Positions 1-12,989 are shown, numbered from the stretch's first letter. The stretch is 41,049 nt of DNA from Chiloscyllium plagiosum (GCF_004010195.1 NW_025214280.1:1-41049); one strand, 5' to 3'. The notes: a model not told the origin generated them from the letters alone. Numbers and translations are program-made.

Positions 1-65
1 CCTGTTGCGAAGTCGCTTCCTGTTCTTTTCTCCGGGGTGATAGCTGGCGTCTAACCCGATATGTT

Positions 66-528
66 TTTACTCAGACCCCTTGACATCGTGGTAGCCCACA
101 CACCCACCAACACACTAAAATAGCAGCTAAAGAACTCGAAAGAACCTATACAAACAACACGGAAAACGAATGTCATTTACAAAATACCTTGCCAGGACTG
201 TAACAAACCGTACATTGAACAAATAGGCAGAAGAGTTGCCACCAGGATACATGAACACCAACTAGCTGGAAAACGACATCAACCTCTCTCGCTCGTGTCT
301 TTACATATGGATGAGGAAGGACACCACTTCAACTGGGATAACACATTCATTCTAAGGCAATCCAAACAAGGACATGCACAAGAATTCCTGGAAGCATGAC
401 ATTCCACACGGAACTCTATCAACAAACATTCTATCAATAGTGCTTCGCCAGAGGCCCACTCAAGAGGTTACCTAGTAGGGTGACGAAACATCTTGAAATG
501 AACTTTCCAGCTCAGCGAGCAAATCTAC
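66..528 (+). mobile_element. Penelope-like retroelement 3' fragment (decayed GIY-YIG endonuclease plus terminal repeat)
   Basis: Manual translation from about 166 gives TNVIYKIPCQDCNKPYIEQIGRRVATRIHEHQLA...HHFNWDNTFIL...EFLEA*HSTRNSINKH, a PLE GIY-YIG motif (VIY...C..C...YIG-like) with stops. It is followed by a PLE-type terminus with a hammerhead-like core at 459-492. Confidence 0.9.
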
Positions 529-672
529 ATTAAACTCCATTTCCCACTTCTCAGCCCAGCTCTGCAGCTTATCAATGATTCTCTGGAAAATGCAACATCC
601 TTCTGCACGGTCCACTTCTCCATCAAATTTTGTGTCATCCACAAATTTACTAATCCATTCGTTCCTCTTGTA
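526..672 (-). mobile_element. CR1 LINE ORF2 RT fragment (continues at 1385)
   Basis: ORF 472..675 reads ISKFVDDTKFDGEVD...LQSWAEKWEMEFN, matching the CR1 RT motif KFADDTK...WAEKWQMEFN. Confidence 0.9.
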
Positions 673-675
673 CAT

Positions 676-1384
676 ACGCTTCTGAGTCCCCTCACACTTT
701 GGCCGAACATTTTAACTTTCCATCCCAATCCGTCAATCCATGCAAGCCTGGGCCTCCTCAACCACCAAACTCTAGCCACCCAACGCATGGAGGAAGAATG
801 CTTCCTCTTCCAAGTTGAGACCCTCCTGCCACACACGATCAATGTAGACTTCACCAGTTTCTTAATTTTCTCTCCCCCCAACATTGTCCCAGATGTAACC
901 TTCCAATGAAGCTCCACTCTCTTGAACTCCTGCTTGAGCAAGGACCAGCATCTGCTATCTTCCAGTCTTCTGGAACTATTCCTGCTGACATTGGCAACAA
1001 AAAGATTAAAGCCAAAGTATCTGCTTTCTCCTCCCTAGCTTCTCAGCGAATCTTATGACAAAATCTCACCCAGCCCAGGGGACTTACTTATTTTCGCACT
1101 TCCCATCTTCATTTCCACCTATGCACTCCACCCACCTTTCCAATGTATTACCATTACCACTTCCCATGTCCATCGATCTATTTCATTCCTCGTGATCTTC
1201 CCTCAATCCCTCCCCACTCCCAATTATCCCTCAGCCTCCTGAAGCCACTCCTCATTCCTAATGAAGACCTTATGTTCGAATTGTCGACTCTCACGCTCAC
1301 CGGAAGCTGCCTGACCGGCTGTACGTTTCCAGCATCACACTTTGGGACTCTGAACTTCAGCATCTGCAGTACACACTTTCTCCT
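676..1384 (+). mobile_element. Penelope-like element 3' fragment nested in CR1 (GIY-YIG C-terminus plus terminal sequence)
   Basis: The plus strand reads like LAEHFN...LGLLNHQTLATQRMEEECFLFQVETLLPHTINVDFTSFLI, a PLE endonuclease C-terminus. The terminal motif cattcctaatgaagaccttatgttcgaattgtcg...tttccagcatcacac...cagcatctgcagt lies at 1253-1384. Confidence 0.8.
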
Positions 1385-3750
1385 GCACCCTCATCCAGGT
1401 CAATTATAAAAATGATAAAGAGCAGTGGCCCCAGAATAGCTTCATGTGGCCCACCACAAGTGACTGAACTTCATGATGAACATTCCCCATCAACCACCAC
1501 CCTCTGTCTTCTCACAGTCAACCAATTCCTGGTCCAAGCCGTCAAATCACCATCAATCGCATTCCTCCTCAATTTCTATGAATACCGGAGAGAACGTAAT
1601 CAAACGCTTTACTGAAATCCATATATACCACTTCAAGCAGTTTACGCTGAGTCACCTTTGTCGCCACCTTCTCAAAGAATAAATAAGGTTTGTGAGGCAC
1701 GACCTTCCTTTCCGAAAACCGAGTTGAGTATTCCTAATGAATTTATTTCTTTCCAGATGACTTTAAATCCTATCTTTATAATCCTCTCCCTTCTTTATAC
1801 CACACCCGAAATAAGGTTCAATACTCAATAATTGCCAGGGCTTTCCCTACTCTCCTTCGTGAGCAAGGGCCTACATTTGCTATTTTCCAGTTTTCTGAAA
1901 CTATTCCTACAGACATTGACAACCAAAAGATTAAAGCCAAAGCATCTGCTTTCTCCTCCCTAGCTTCCTGGCGAATCTTATGACAAAATCACACCATGCC
2001 CAGGGGACTTACTTATTTTCACACTTTCCAGACTTGCTTACAACTCCGAGTGATGAATTTTAATCCCGTCCAGTCCAATAGTTGGAATCGCACTAAACTC
2101 TTCGAAAACATTCCCTTTTTCCTGTGCGAATACTGACGAAAAATGTTCATTTAACGCCTCTCCTACCTATTCAGACTCAACGCACACCATTCCACTTCTG
2201 TCATTTCTGATCCTAATATTACTCTAATCGTTAATTTGTTCCTTACAATCCTGTCGAAAGCTTTCAGGTTTTCCTTGATTCTACCTCCCAAAAAATTCGC
2301 ATGTCTCCTCTTGGCTCTTCCTAGCTCTCCATTTAGTCCCGTCCTGACTAACTTTTAACTCCCAAGCGCCATGACTGAGCCCTCATGTCTCATTTTTACA
2401 TCAACCTTCTTCTTCCTCTTGACAAGAGACTCAAATCATTTCAGAAAGCTATGGTTCCCCTTGATCGACCACTTCTGTTCTGCCTGACATGTACGCACAC
2501 ATCAAGACCATGAAGTAGCTGTTCCTTGAACAAGCTCCCCATTTCAAAAGTGCCTATTCCCTGCAGTTTCCTTCCTGATCCTTTGCATCCTAACTCATGC
2601 CTAATCGAGTAATAATTACATTTCACCCCGATATAACTCTTTCCCTGCTGTCCGTACCTATGTCTCTCCATCGTTAAAGTAAACGTAACTGGATTGTGGT
2701 CACGATCACCAAATGACTCACTTACCTCCAAATCTAACATCTGGCCTGGTTCATTACGAAGTGCCAAATCCAAGGCGGCCTCGCCTCTTGTTTGACTATC
2801 GACATACTGTGTCAGGACAACCTCCTGCAAACAGTGGACTAAAACTCACCCATTCGAAATACATGAACTCTCGCGTTTGGAAAGTTTGGCCTACATAACA
2901 AATACCTTGTATTTTTCTTTCCTATTCGGAATCATCTTCAGAATCGTTTCCACTGGATCTTTGGAAATATTTGACGGCCTGTGGAAATCTCCTAGAAGTG
3001 TGAACTCCCCTTTCCTGTTTCTAATCTCAGCCCATACTATCCCAATTTTGGATTACTTATAAAATATCCTTTCTAAAATCTTAATGCTCTTCTGATTAAC
3101 AATGCCACACATACCCCTTTTTTTTATCACTTTCCCTTTTTCTTACTGAAATATCAAAATCCTGGAACTGCAACAAACTTCCTTTCCCTGCTCTGTCCAT
3201 GTCACCGAATTGGTCATAACATCGAACTTTCATTTAACAACCCGTGATGCAAGTTCACCCATCTTTTCCTGACTCTCCTGACGTTGAAGTAGGCATATTT
3301 CAAAGAAATTTCATGCCTGCTGTTAAATTCCAGTGAGATTGAAACCTTATTATGCTTTCACCTGTCAAACGCCTGTGCACCTCAGCTACAATTCAGGTTC
3401 ACATCTCCTGTTTAATTAGATTATACCCTCCCAAAGACCATTAGCAAATCCAATCCCTCCCAACTCAGGATATTGCTATCCCCTCCTGCCCAGGTATCGA
3501 ACATCCCGTTTGTAGAGGTCCCACCTACACCAGAATGAGTCCCAATTATCGAGGTATCTGAATCCTCTCTCCTGCACGGGACTTGCATACACGTGTTGAC
3601 CTCCTCTCTCACTTCCTACTCCTCTCCTCGCTAGAACTGGGCAAAGTTAACAAACAAGGCACATCCTGTTGACAGTTTTTTTTTGGCCTCCGAAAAGCTT
3701 CCCACCTGTCTTCTTGAATTCCTGCCTTATATCCCCATCCCTTTTCCTAC
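1385..3750 (-). mobile_element. Decayed CR1 LINE (RT, APE endonuclease and upstream ORF1-like region)
   Basis: ORF 2441..2830 reads QEVVLTQYVDSQTRGEAALDLALRNEPGQMLDLEVSESFGDRDHN, the CR1 endonuclease end (PTRGEAILDLVL...GxSDH). RT-region sequence is colinear with 526-672. Many stops and frameshifts. Confidence 0.88.
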
Positions 3751-3789
3751 GTATTCCATGAGTTCTACGTGGAGGCTTAGAGACGGGGC

Positions 3790-6700
3790 ATGTCTGTGGT
3801 AACCATGACACTTTGGTCTTGAGTCAAATACAGATGCAGACCAAGTCAATGGTAACATCAGTCATGTAGGCCGGAATGACATGCAGAGACACAGCAGGTC
3901 AGTGACAACCAAAAAGTTGTTTTTTTCTAGAACCATATGCAGAGTCAAAGCTGAACATGTGTAACCACCGTGTGTGGGTTCACTGTCATATGTGAAGACA
4001 GAGTAGATCAATGGTATTCACAGTGTTGTCGGTCTGGAATGGTGAGTAGGTCGAGAGCAGGTCCGTGGTTAACACATAGCTGCGGCTGGAGTCAAACGTA
4101 GAACAAAAACTATCATTTGCATATACAATTCTGTGAGACTGACATCACCTGGAGAGATAGCCTATGTTGGGAGTACATTCAGTTCTAAGGATCTGGAGCA
4201 AAGTGTACAGGCAGGGTTGTCAGTGGTCACTACAGGTCTTTGGTCTGGATTCAGATGCAAAGACACAACAGGTCAGTGCTAAACACAAAGCTGACGATCT
4301 GGAGTCACATCCTGACCTGGATCCAGAACAAGTCAGAGTTACGAACGGTGCTATGAGCTCCGACTATCAGTCTGAGACAGAGCAGATCAGTGGTAACCAC
4401 GGTTCTGAAGATCTGGAGTCACACGTAATTCTCAGAGCAGTTCAATGTGAACCACAGTGTTATTTGTCTGGAAATAATTGCAGAGATGGAGCAGGTCAGT
4501 AATTGCCAAAAGTGTTGTGGATCTGCAGCCACTTGGAGAGACAAAGCATTTCAGTACAAAACACGGAGCTGAATATCTGGAGTCACATGATGGTCTAGAA
4601 CAGTTCAATGTGAATCACAGTGCAGTTGCTGGATTAAATTGCAAACCCAAACCAGATTTACGGTAATCAAATTGCTGTGAGTGTGGTGTCACGTTTATTG
4701 ACATAATAGGTCAGTGATTGCCACAACGCTACATGCTTGGGGTCAGATGTAGACACAGATCTGGTCAGGTGTAACCAAAGTTCTTTGGATTTGGAGTTAC
4801 ATTTGAGATCAGTGCAGGATCGTAGAATCCACAGAGTTGTCGGTCTGGAGTCACGTGCTTTGACAGAACAGGTCAGGGATAACCACTGCTGTTCAGCTGT
4901 TCGGTTTCGAGAGAGAATAGATCAGTGCTAACCATAGTGCTGTGGTTCTGGACACACATGCGGACACAGATCAGTTGCGTCCCAACCAAGGTGCTGTTGG
5001 CCAGGAGTTTCATGCAGAAACGGAATAGGACAGTGGGAACAAGAGCATTGTACGTCTCATGTCAAGCATAGAATTAGAATAGATCAGTAACAACAAGAGT
5101 GCTTCGGATGTGTAGTCACTTGCAGACACATAGAAGATTAGTGATCACCACTGTGTTAAGGACGAGACTGAAATGTCAGTCCAAAGTAGATCCGACGCAC
5201 CGACAGGTTTGGGGGCCCAGGTTTACATGTCGAGACAGCAGGTCGGTGGAAACCATAGTGTTGTGGGCCCGAGACCACATGCAGAGAATTGAAAGTAAAT
5301 GTTAAACTCAGTTCTGTGGGTCTGGAATGACATGCAGAGGCAGAAAAGACCAATAATAAGAATAGTGCTATGGTTCTGGCGTCACATGGAATGACACAGC
5401 AGGCCGGAGGTTTTCATAATACCTTTTGTCTCACTTTACATGTAGACCCAGAGCTGGGCATTGGTAATCACAATGCTTTGGTCTGAAATTGCACGGAGAG
5501 ACAGAATAGATCAGTGATAACCGCATGGCTGTTGGCCAAGAGTTTCACTTAAAGATAGAACACGTCTGTGATAAACACGTGCTGTAGGTCTGGGGTGACA
5601 TGCAGGGACAGAGAAGGTTAGTGTTAACACAGTCTTGTCTGCCTTGAATCACATACAGAGTCAGGGGAAAAAATGTGATAACAAAGGTGTTGTGGACCTA
5701 GAGTCACATGTAAAAAATAGAGAGCCCTGTGATAACCACAGTGCTGTGGATCTGACTTCGTATGCAGAAAAAGAAGTTCAATGTGGATTGCAGCACCTGG
5801 AGACACATGTAGACTCAAAAACGGTCAAGAGCAACCACAATACTCTAGATCTGCATTTACATCATTCCAGAGCAGGTCATTTGGAACAACAATGCTGTGC
5901 GTTTGAAGTTACATGTAGAGACAGGACATGTCAGTGGCAACTGCAATATTGTTTTATTTCTGATATGCATCAGGCGTCAGAGCAGGTCAATGAAAACCAC
6001 AATGCTGTACTTGGAGTCATACGCAGATACAGAACAAGTCAGTAGTAGGCATTGAAGATTCGAGAGTGTGTTGCTGAGAAAGCACAACAGGTCAGGCAGC
6101 ATCTGAGGAGCAGAACAGACGTTTTGGGCATCAGTCCTTCATCAGAAATCATGCGTCTCGTGGAAGATATTGAGATGGAGCAAGTCAATGTATCACATGG
6201 TGAGGTTTGCCTGGAATCATATGTAGTACGTGTCAATGGTGCTAACAGCGCTGTGGGTATGGATTCACAAATAGAGACAATGCAATTAATGGTAAACACA
6301 AATCTTTGGACCAGGAGTCATATGTAGAGGCAGAGCATGTCAGAAATGAACGTAGTGCTTCGAATCTGGAATTATGTGTAGGTCCGTAACATGTTGATGG
6401 TTATCACAATGCAGCGGAGGGAGTGACATGAGAGGTCAGAGCAGGTTAATGATACGCAAAGTCCTGTGTGTCGGAGTTATCTGTAGAGACAGGACAGATT
6501 TCTGATCACCACAGTACTTGCACCCGTGACTCACACAGAGAGTGAGTAAGTAAATTTGTACTACAGTGATGTGGGTGTGGAATCACATGAAGAAACAGAA
6601 TATGTCAGTGATGAGCGCAATACTTTGGACCTGGAGTCAGTGCATGGACACTCCTGATCATAGTTCCACAGAGGACACTAAGTCAGATGTCCCGCTTAGA

Positions 6701-7075
6701 TCTGGAGGAGGGCAGTGCTGCGGTTCTGGTGTCACATGCAGAGACAGAGCAGGTCACTGATAGTCACAGTACTGTTGCCCAGGATTTACATGTAGATACA
6801 GAACACATCTTCGGCAAATACAGTGCTGTGCGTCTGGAGTCACGTAGCCAGGCAGAGACAGTCAGTACGAACCACAGTACTATTGTTCTTGCATCACATG
6901 CAGAGACACAGAGTAAAATGATAACAAAATGCTGTTAGCCAAAGTCACATTTGGAGACAGGGAGCAGTTGAGTCATGACTACAAAGCTGTGAATCTGGAC
7001 TCAATGTCGAGATAGAGAAGGTCAGTGGTAACTGCATTGCTGCGGTGTGGAGTCACATGGAGAGACAGAAGATAT
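3790..7075. repeat. Degenerate tandem array, about 54-bp unit, roughly 55-60 copies
   Basis: Recurring consensus GAGTCACATGCAGAGACAGAGCAGGTCAGTGATAACCACAGTGCTGTGGATCTG. It also shows in ORFs as 18-aa periodic LESH.ETEQV..NHSAV motifs. Confidence 0.9.
6053..6149 (-). mobile_element. Short PLE-terminus-derived repeat inserted into the 54-bp array
   Basis: The minus strand reads tttCTGATGAaggactgatgcccAAAACGTCtgttctgctcctcagatgctgcctgacctgttgtgctttctcagcaacacactctcg. This is homologous to 1253-1360, 26426-26598 and 39192-39350. Confidence 0.8.
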
Positions 7076-7092
7076 CAAAAGGTAAACAGAAA

Positions 7093-7625
7093 AACATAGA
7101 AACAAAGAAATTTGGCACAGCAGGAGGCCGTTCTTCCCATCAAGACTGGTCCACCATTCATCACGTTCTTGACTGGCTGTCCAAATCAATCGTCTCATCC
7201 TGCTTTCTGCACATGTTCCCGTTTGTCAGCATTACTTCATTCAGTCGCCTCTTGTGTACATTCAATGTTCTGGTATCAGTCTTTTCCTGTGGAGATGAGT
7301 TCCACAGGGTCAACAATCTTTGAATGAAGAAATAGCTCCTCGTCTCTGTACTAAATAGTCAAGCCGAATCCTCCGACTCTGATCCATGGTTCTAGATATA
7401 CCCACTACCAGGAATTTCCTGTCTGCATCTATCCTGTGTAGTCCTGTTAGATTTTTTATAAATCTTTATGAGATGCCCCCTCATGCTGTCTGAACTCCTA
7501 AACTTACTAATCTCCCCTTATGTGTCTGTGGGCCATCCTCGGATCAGTCTGCTAAAGCTTGCTGTACTCCCTCGAGAGCAAAAGCCTCCTTGCACAGAAA
7601 GGAAAACCAAAACAGGACAAAATGC
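7093..7625 (-). mobile_element. CR1-like LINE 3' fragment
   Basis: Tail aacatagaaac plus caggaggcc..., followed by gagttccacagg...tgaatgaagaaa, typical of shark CR1 3' ends. Confidence 0.65.
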
Positions 7626-8169
7626 TTAATCCCTTGTTCATCAGCGATAGCGAAACACTAAACTTTGGAGGGAAAGAAATTAAATAAAACAGGAGTGGAC
7701 ATTTACAGGAAATAAACAAGGCTGCTCAAGGATAGCTCACTTTCATATCTGGAGGATTGAGATTTGAGGACGCAGACGTTACACTGTGATTTTGAAACAC
7801 TCTGGTTCGACCTCACCTAGAGTGCTGTGTGCATATCTGAGCAGCAGATGTTTCGAAGGAGATGCTGACCTTGAAGCAACTCCAAGAAATATTTGTAAAA
7901 TCGATGCCTGGACTTCAGTGGTTAAGTTGTGAGGAGAGATTGAAGTAATCAACCCCGTTTTCTCTAATATTTTCAAGATTAATAAGTGACCTGATAGTAA
8001 ACTTCAAGACACAAATAGGAATGGAGAATTGGCCCAAAAACAATATAATATAGCACAACACTGCAGTGTGGGAGCAGGCCACTTGGCGTTTTTTTTGTAC
8101 TCATTCCACTATTCAATGAGATTCTGACTGAACTGTAGCCTAATTTTATGAGAATACTCCACACCCAAC

Positions 8170-8355
8170 TCATTCATTTCAACTCCTGTCTGGGCTAGAA
8201 TTTATTACCCATCCATAATTGAGAGCCAACGATATTGCCATTATCTGAAGTCACATGCAAATCAGAGCAGTTAAGGATGGCAGTTCCCTTCACTAAACGA
8301 CATTTGTGTCAACAATGGATTTATGGTCATTATTAAACTCTTAATGCCTGATTTA
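8170..8355 (-). mobile_element. Decayed DeuSINE/SacSINE1-like SINE fragment
   Basis: atttattacccatccataattg...tctgaagtcacatgcaaatcagagcagttaaggatggcagttcccttcactaaacgacatt resembles the antisense of the shark DeuSINE as I recall it. Not database-checked. Confidence 0.6.
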
Positions 8356-8904
8356 ATAAGGCCAAGCTGACCCTCCAAAGAGCATCCCGGCCAGATTAAA
8401 CTACTGCCCTGCTTCAGTAGTTCTGTATTTCCCATGAATTATGCACCCAACCTGAACTTTCCGGTTACTATGCGCAATTTATCTTGACCAATCCACCAAA
8501 CCTGCACATCCGGACTGTATACGGAACAGCAGAGTATTCAGAGGAGAATTCCCTTTCCCTCTACAATCTGTGCACTGTTCCATTACCCCTGGTGAGTAAG
8601 CGAGTGCCAATTCTTGGTGCAATTTTTTAACATTGGCGATGTGGTGGTGAGTTCAATCAAGACATTTCAAGATGTTTAATGCAGACTGCATGCGAAAACC
8701 TAATCTGGATAGAGGTTGGAACTCCATCGGTACAGATGGAGATGTTCGCAGATATCAGGAGAATTTTCAAAGTCCACATCGACAATGTCCCGAGAGTGCA
8801 GTCAAACGTGATTGCCTTATGTAATGCGATGGGAGTGTGTTAAACTTTGAGCCACGATGCAGCTCAGTGAAAGACTTTGAGATAAGATTAAGCTTCCTGA
8901 GCCT

Positions 8905-9030
8905 GATATGATATGACATGATATAATATAATATAATATAATATAATATAATGTAATATAATATAATATAGTATAATATAATGTAATATAACATAACATG
9001 ATGTAGTATGATATAATATAATGTAATAAT
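8905..9030. repeat. (ATATA)n pentanucleotide microsatellite
   Basis: Direct reading: atataatataatataat... Confidence 0.95.
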
Positions 9031-9239
9031 GTACGCTGATGTGTTCGGTTTGTATGTTATTCATTGGAGTTTAAAGGAAAGAGTTTGGTGTGGAGCAGTC
9101 TCATAATATTAGGCACAATTCAGCCAGAATCCCATTGAATTGTGGAGTGGACGCCAGCAGTTAAATGGCCTGCATCTGTATGATGCAGCAAGACTGGTCA
9201 GAAAATACAAAAATATGCTCCCCACGAACAGAGGAATCC

Positions 9240-9545
9240 AGAACCGACAGGCTCATACGGTAAGAGGTAAAGGATAGATATTTTGGCATAAGACAGGGAA
9301 AATTTCATTTGGAAGAGTTTGGGAAACCTTAGCAAACAATTGACGCGGGAAGAGCCCGAGACCAAAATGTAGATATTCTTTAAGACGGACTTAGACATGG
9401 TTCTTGCAGTTCAATGGATGCAAATGTATGGGGAGAAAGCATGAACAGGGGACTGAGTTGGATGACCAGCTATGATCATATTGAATTTTGCAGCAAAGTC
9501 TAAGAACGGAATGGCCTGCTCCTGCTCATAGTTTACATGCTTCTC
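9240..9545 (+). mobile_element. CR1-like LINE 3' end
   Basis: Ends with ctatgatcatattgaat...gaatggcctgctcctgctc, a CR1 3' UTR pattern seen repeatedly in this window. Confidence 0.6.
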
Positions 9546-11400
9546 TTTGAAACGGACAAGAAAGTGACCCATTCGTGAATAGCTTGATAACCTTGTTCCA
9601 AGCCAACAAGCAGAATGGTAATCTGTTCCGTGAACTAGGTAAATATTTATCAAGCAGAAAGCGCAGTCCAAAATAACCTGCTGAAATCAGGTGAAACGTT
9701 CAGATATATGAAAAGCAATTTTTCTTCATGGCCCATGAAACTCGCTGACTGTGTGCATCACTTAGTGCTGTTTTCAATATAATCAAATATATCGCTGTGG
9801 GTCTGTTGTGACATGATGCCATACTGGGGTAGGGCAACAGAATTTCTTCCATAAAGAACATGAGTGAGTTGGACGGGTGTTTGCAGCAAATTGCAATGCT
9901 TACGACTGGATCCGCTTTCATTTCATAACTCTAGATTTTCGGGGAATCATGCGAACTTGCAGAGCAGTTTGAGACCCATTGAATCTGCATATAATCCGCA
10001 AACAATTTCGTAAATAGTACCATGCTCCAGCTCTCTCTCCATAACCCTCTCAAATGTATCTATTTCAAATATATATTCCACTTTCTTTGAAACCTCTACT
10101 AGAATCCGCCTCCATCATTCTCCAAAGGAGCATTTTCCAAATTCTAACAACTTTCTGAGGTTCGGCATTTCTCCTCGGCTCACCCCTCACTGTCTTGCTC
10201 ACAATCTTGGAGTGTAACCCACTTGTTACTAGCAAATCAACAAGTGGAAGCAGAATCCGTCTTCATCCTGTGAAAATAGTTCATAATTTTGAGCACGTCG
10301 ATAAGATCACCTGTGAATCCACTCTGTTTCAAGGAGAATAAGCCCAATTTCCATTACCTTTCCTAATATCAAAAATCCTTCTGTTGTGATCACTTAAATC
10401 TCTTTTGGACATTGTCAAGTAATTTACGATCCTTCCTTCCAGAGTATTGAAGAACAATAATCAAGCTTTTTCAAAAATAAAGAGAGACAAATTTTATTCT
10501 ATAGTTTGCATAATGTGTTTCATTGATTTGATTTGATTTATTGTTGTCAAATGTGCCTACGTACAGTGGAAACAGATTTGTATTGTGAGCAGTAGAGGCA
10601 GATCATTGCAAACGCAGGTATACTGTTCACAGGGTGATTTAGAAAGAGAAAAGTACATATTGTAACACGTTAGAGTATTTTATAAAGGATTTAGTCCCAA
10701 AACATGCAGAATTACATATTAAGATCAAGTGCACGCAGCATAGATTCAGGTTAGATTTTTTGGTAATATCGTATGTACTGAGATGTCTTACTGCTAAAAG
10801 CTCGGGTTTGTACAGTTGTGGCTGTGACGTGACTGTGTAATCGGCAGTTGAAGTATTGTGCATTCTTCTACCATCGACAGGATCCTTGCTTTTAATGATC
10901 AGTTGTGAAAACTTGCAACAATTGGGAAGTTTTGCAATCAGGTCTGGATAATGGAGCAAAACAGAAGGATGGAAAACGCTACATTGGGCAGCAGGTGGTA
11001 ATGAGTTGGGGTATTGTGCTGAAAGAGGAGGGGAGCGTATAAAAACATCACAAGGTTTCGTGCCCGCTGAAAACGCAGCGGCACCTTCATTCTTTTCACT
11101 ATTCAGACGTGCTCGGACCTGGCCGGTCCATAATTTGTCGTTCATCCATTGATTGCCCCCTTTGAGAAATGTTGGGAGTGGGCTCTTTCGTGAAACACCG
11201 CAGTCCATATGCAGGAGACTGACTCACGGTAAATTCTTACGGTCAGAAGTCCAGAATTTTGAGCAATCAAAATAAATGTTGGCCAAGGATTCGCACTATG
11301 ATGGTGATGCCATTCAACATCAAGGGGCGACTGTGAGATTCTCTCTCAGTGGGAGATCTCGGATTTTTACAGTGATATGATTCAGTAATGGTAATGCCAT

Positions 11401-11654
11401 NNNNNNNNNNNNNNNNNNNNNNNNNNNNNNNNNNNNNNNNNNNNNNNNNNNNNNNNNNNNNNNNNNNNNNNNNNNNNNNNNNNNNNNNNNNNNNNNNNNN
11501 NNNNNNNNNNNNNNNNNNNNNNNNNNNNNNNNNNNNNNNNNNNNNNNNNNNNNNNNNNNNNNNNNNNNNNNNNNNNNNNNNNNNNNNNNNNNNNNNNNNN
11601 NNNNNNNNNNNNNNNNNNNNNNNNNNNNNNNNNNNNNNNNNNNNNNNNNNNNNN
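11401..11654. other. Assembly gap (254 N)
   Basis: Run of N. Confidence 1.
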
Positions 11655-11769
11655 TGGTGCACCCATACTGATGTAGGTTGATTGCAGGTATTCTGTCACT
11701 GGTGGCAGAACAGGATCAATGAAGGGGAAGGGGATTAGAGGGCGTATGCGGATTTCAGAAGGCTTTATT

Positions 11770-12330
11770 TCTCTCGCTCTCTGTCTCCCTGTCCCTCTCT
11801 CTCTCGCTCTCTCTAATACTGACACAGGCGTCACACTGAAAATACAGACACTACACTCGGCACAGACTGATCTCACGCTGAACACACACTGATCCCACAC
11901 TGATCACACAGACCCCACATTGAACACAGAGGCACCCACACCGATCACACAGACGCCAGACTGAACACAGAGGTGCCCAAACTGACCACACACGCCCCAC
12001 GCTGAACACTGACACACCCACACTGAATACGCAGACCAGACACTCAATGCACACTGGCACCGATGTGAAAACACAGATCCCAAACAGAAGATACGAAGCG
12101 CAGAATGAAATCCAGACCCCACTCTGAACACACAGAACCCACACTGAACACAAATACATTACTCTGAATACACAGACCCAATACTGAATACGCAGACCCA
12201 CATTTAATGCAAACTGATCCTACGTCTAACACACGGAACCAACTCTGAACACGCTGCCTCCACACTGAAGGCACAGACTCCAATTAAAACACATTGCCTC
12301 TACAGTGCCCCCAAATTGAACACACAGACC
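11770..12330. repeat. (TC)n tract followed by a degenerate about 20-bp CA-rich minisatellite (CCCCACACTGAACACACAGA-like)
   Basis: Repeated cactgaacacacagacccca variants at 11820-12330. Confidence 0.85.
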
Positions 12331-12989
12331 CAACCTATCACAAACTAATCTCCAACTTTGAAGTCACTCAAATCGTAATTAGCCTTCCTCATATTGCAAC
12401 CAAAGTCGTTAACCTCATATTTTTCGAAATTACACCACATCTGCTGTTCATTTTCCCACTCAGACTACGTGTGTGCATCTCTGTGCGTCTCGTTATTTAT
12501 CTGTCTACGTCTCTCGCTTTAGATTAGCACGTGTGTCAGCTTTTGAGTGTTTGTCGCGATTTATACGTCGCTCAGTGTTTCTGTGTGTGTCCTTGTCAGT
12601 GTTCGTCCTTGTGCGTGTTCGTGCATCTGGGGTTGCTAATGCACGTGTTTATTGTCGTGTATTCATTTATCTCCGCATATCTCTGGGCATTTTTGTCTGC
12701 CTCTATTTGCATATATTTGAGTGTGTGTGCACTTATGTGTATTCATGTGCATTCTTGTGTGTATCTCTTTTCTTCCTCTTTGTTCCAAGGGATTCTTGCT
12801 CTTTTGAAAATAGATCCATGAGTGTATGGATCAAAGCCTCTCTCTTTCTCTCTCTCTGTCTCTCGTTCATGTTAAAGGAGATGCAAAACCACAATCTGCT
12901 CGCCACCCCATGTCAATGCACATGAACCACGTTTCTTTTTTGAGAAGGCATCAAAATGTATGAATCTGTTAGGTTTCACTGTTAGCAGG

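Noticed and set aside
3790..7075. CRISPR-like array or intact repetitive protein gene
   Set aside because: There is no constant repeat with unique spacers and the units diverge throughout. The context is eukaryotic with no cas genes, and the reading frame is broken many times.
8767..8999. YYIIL-repeat ORFs
   Set aside because: They are translations of an (ATATA)n microsatellite.
11267..12925. Several 75-172 aa ORFs
   Set aside because: They span the N gap or arise from CA/GT low-complexity repeats.
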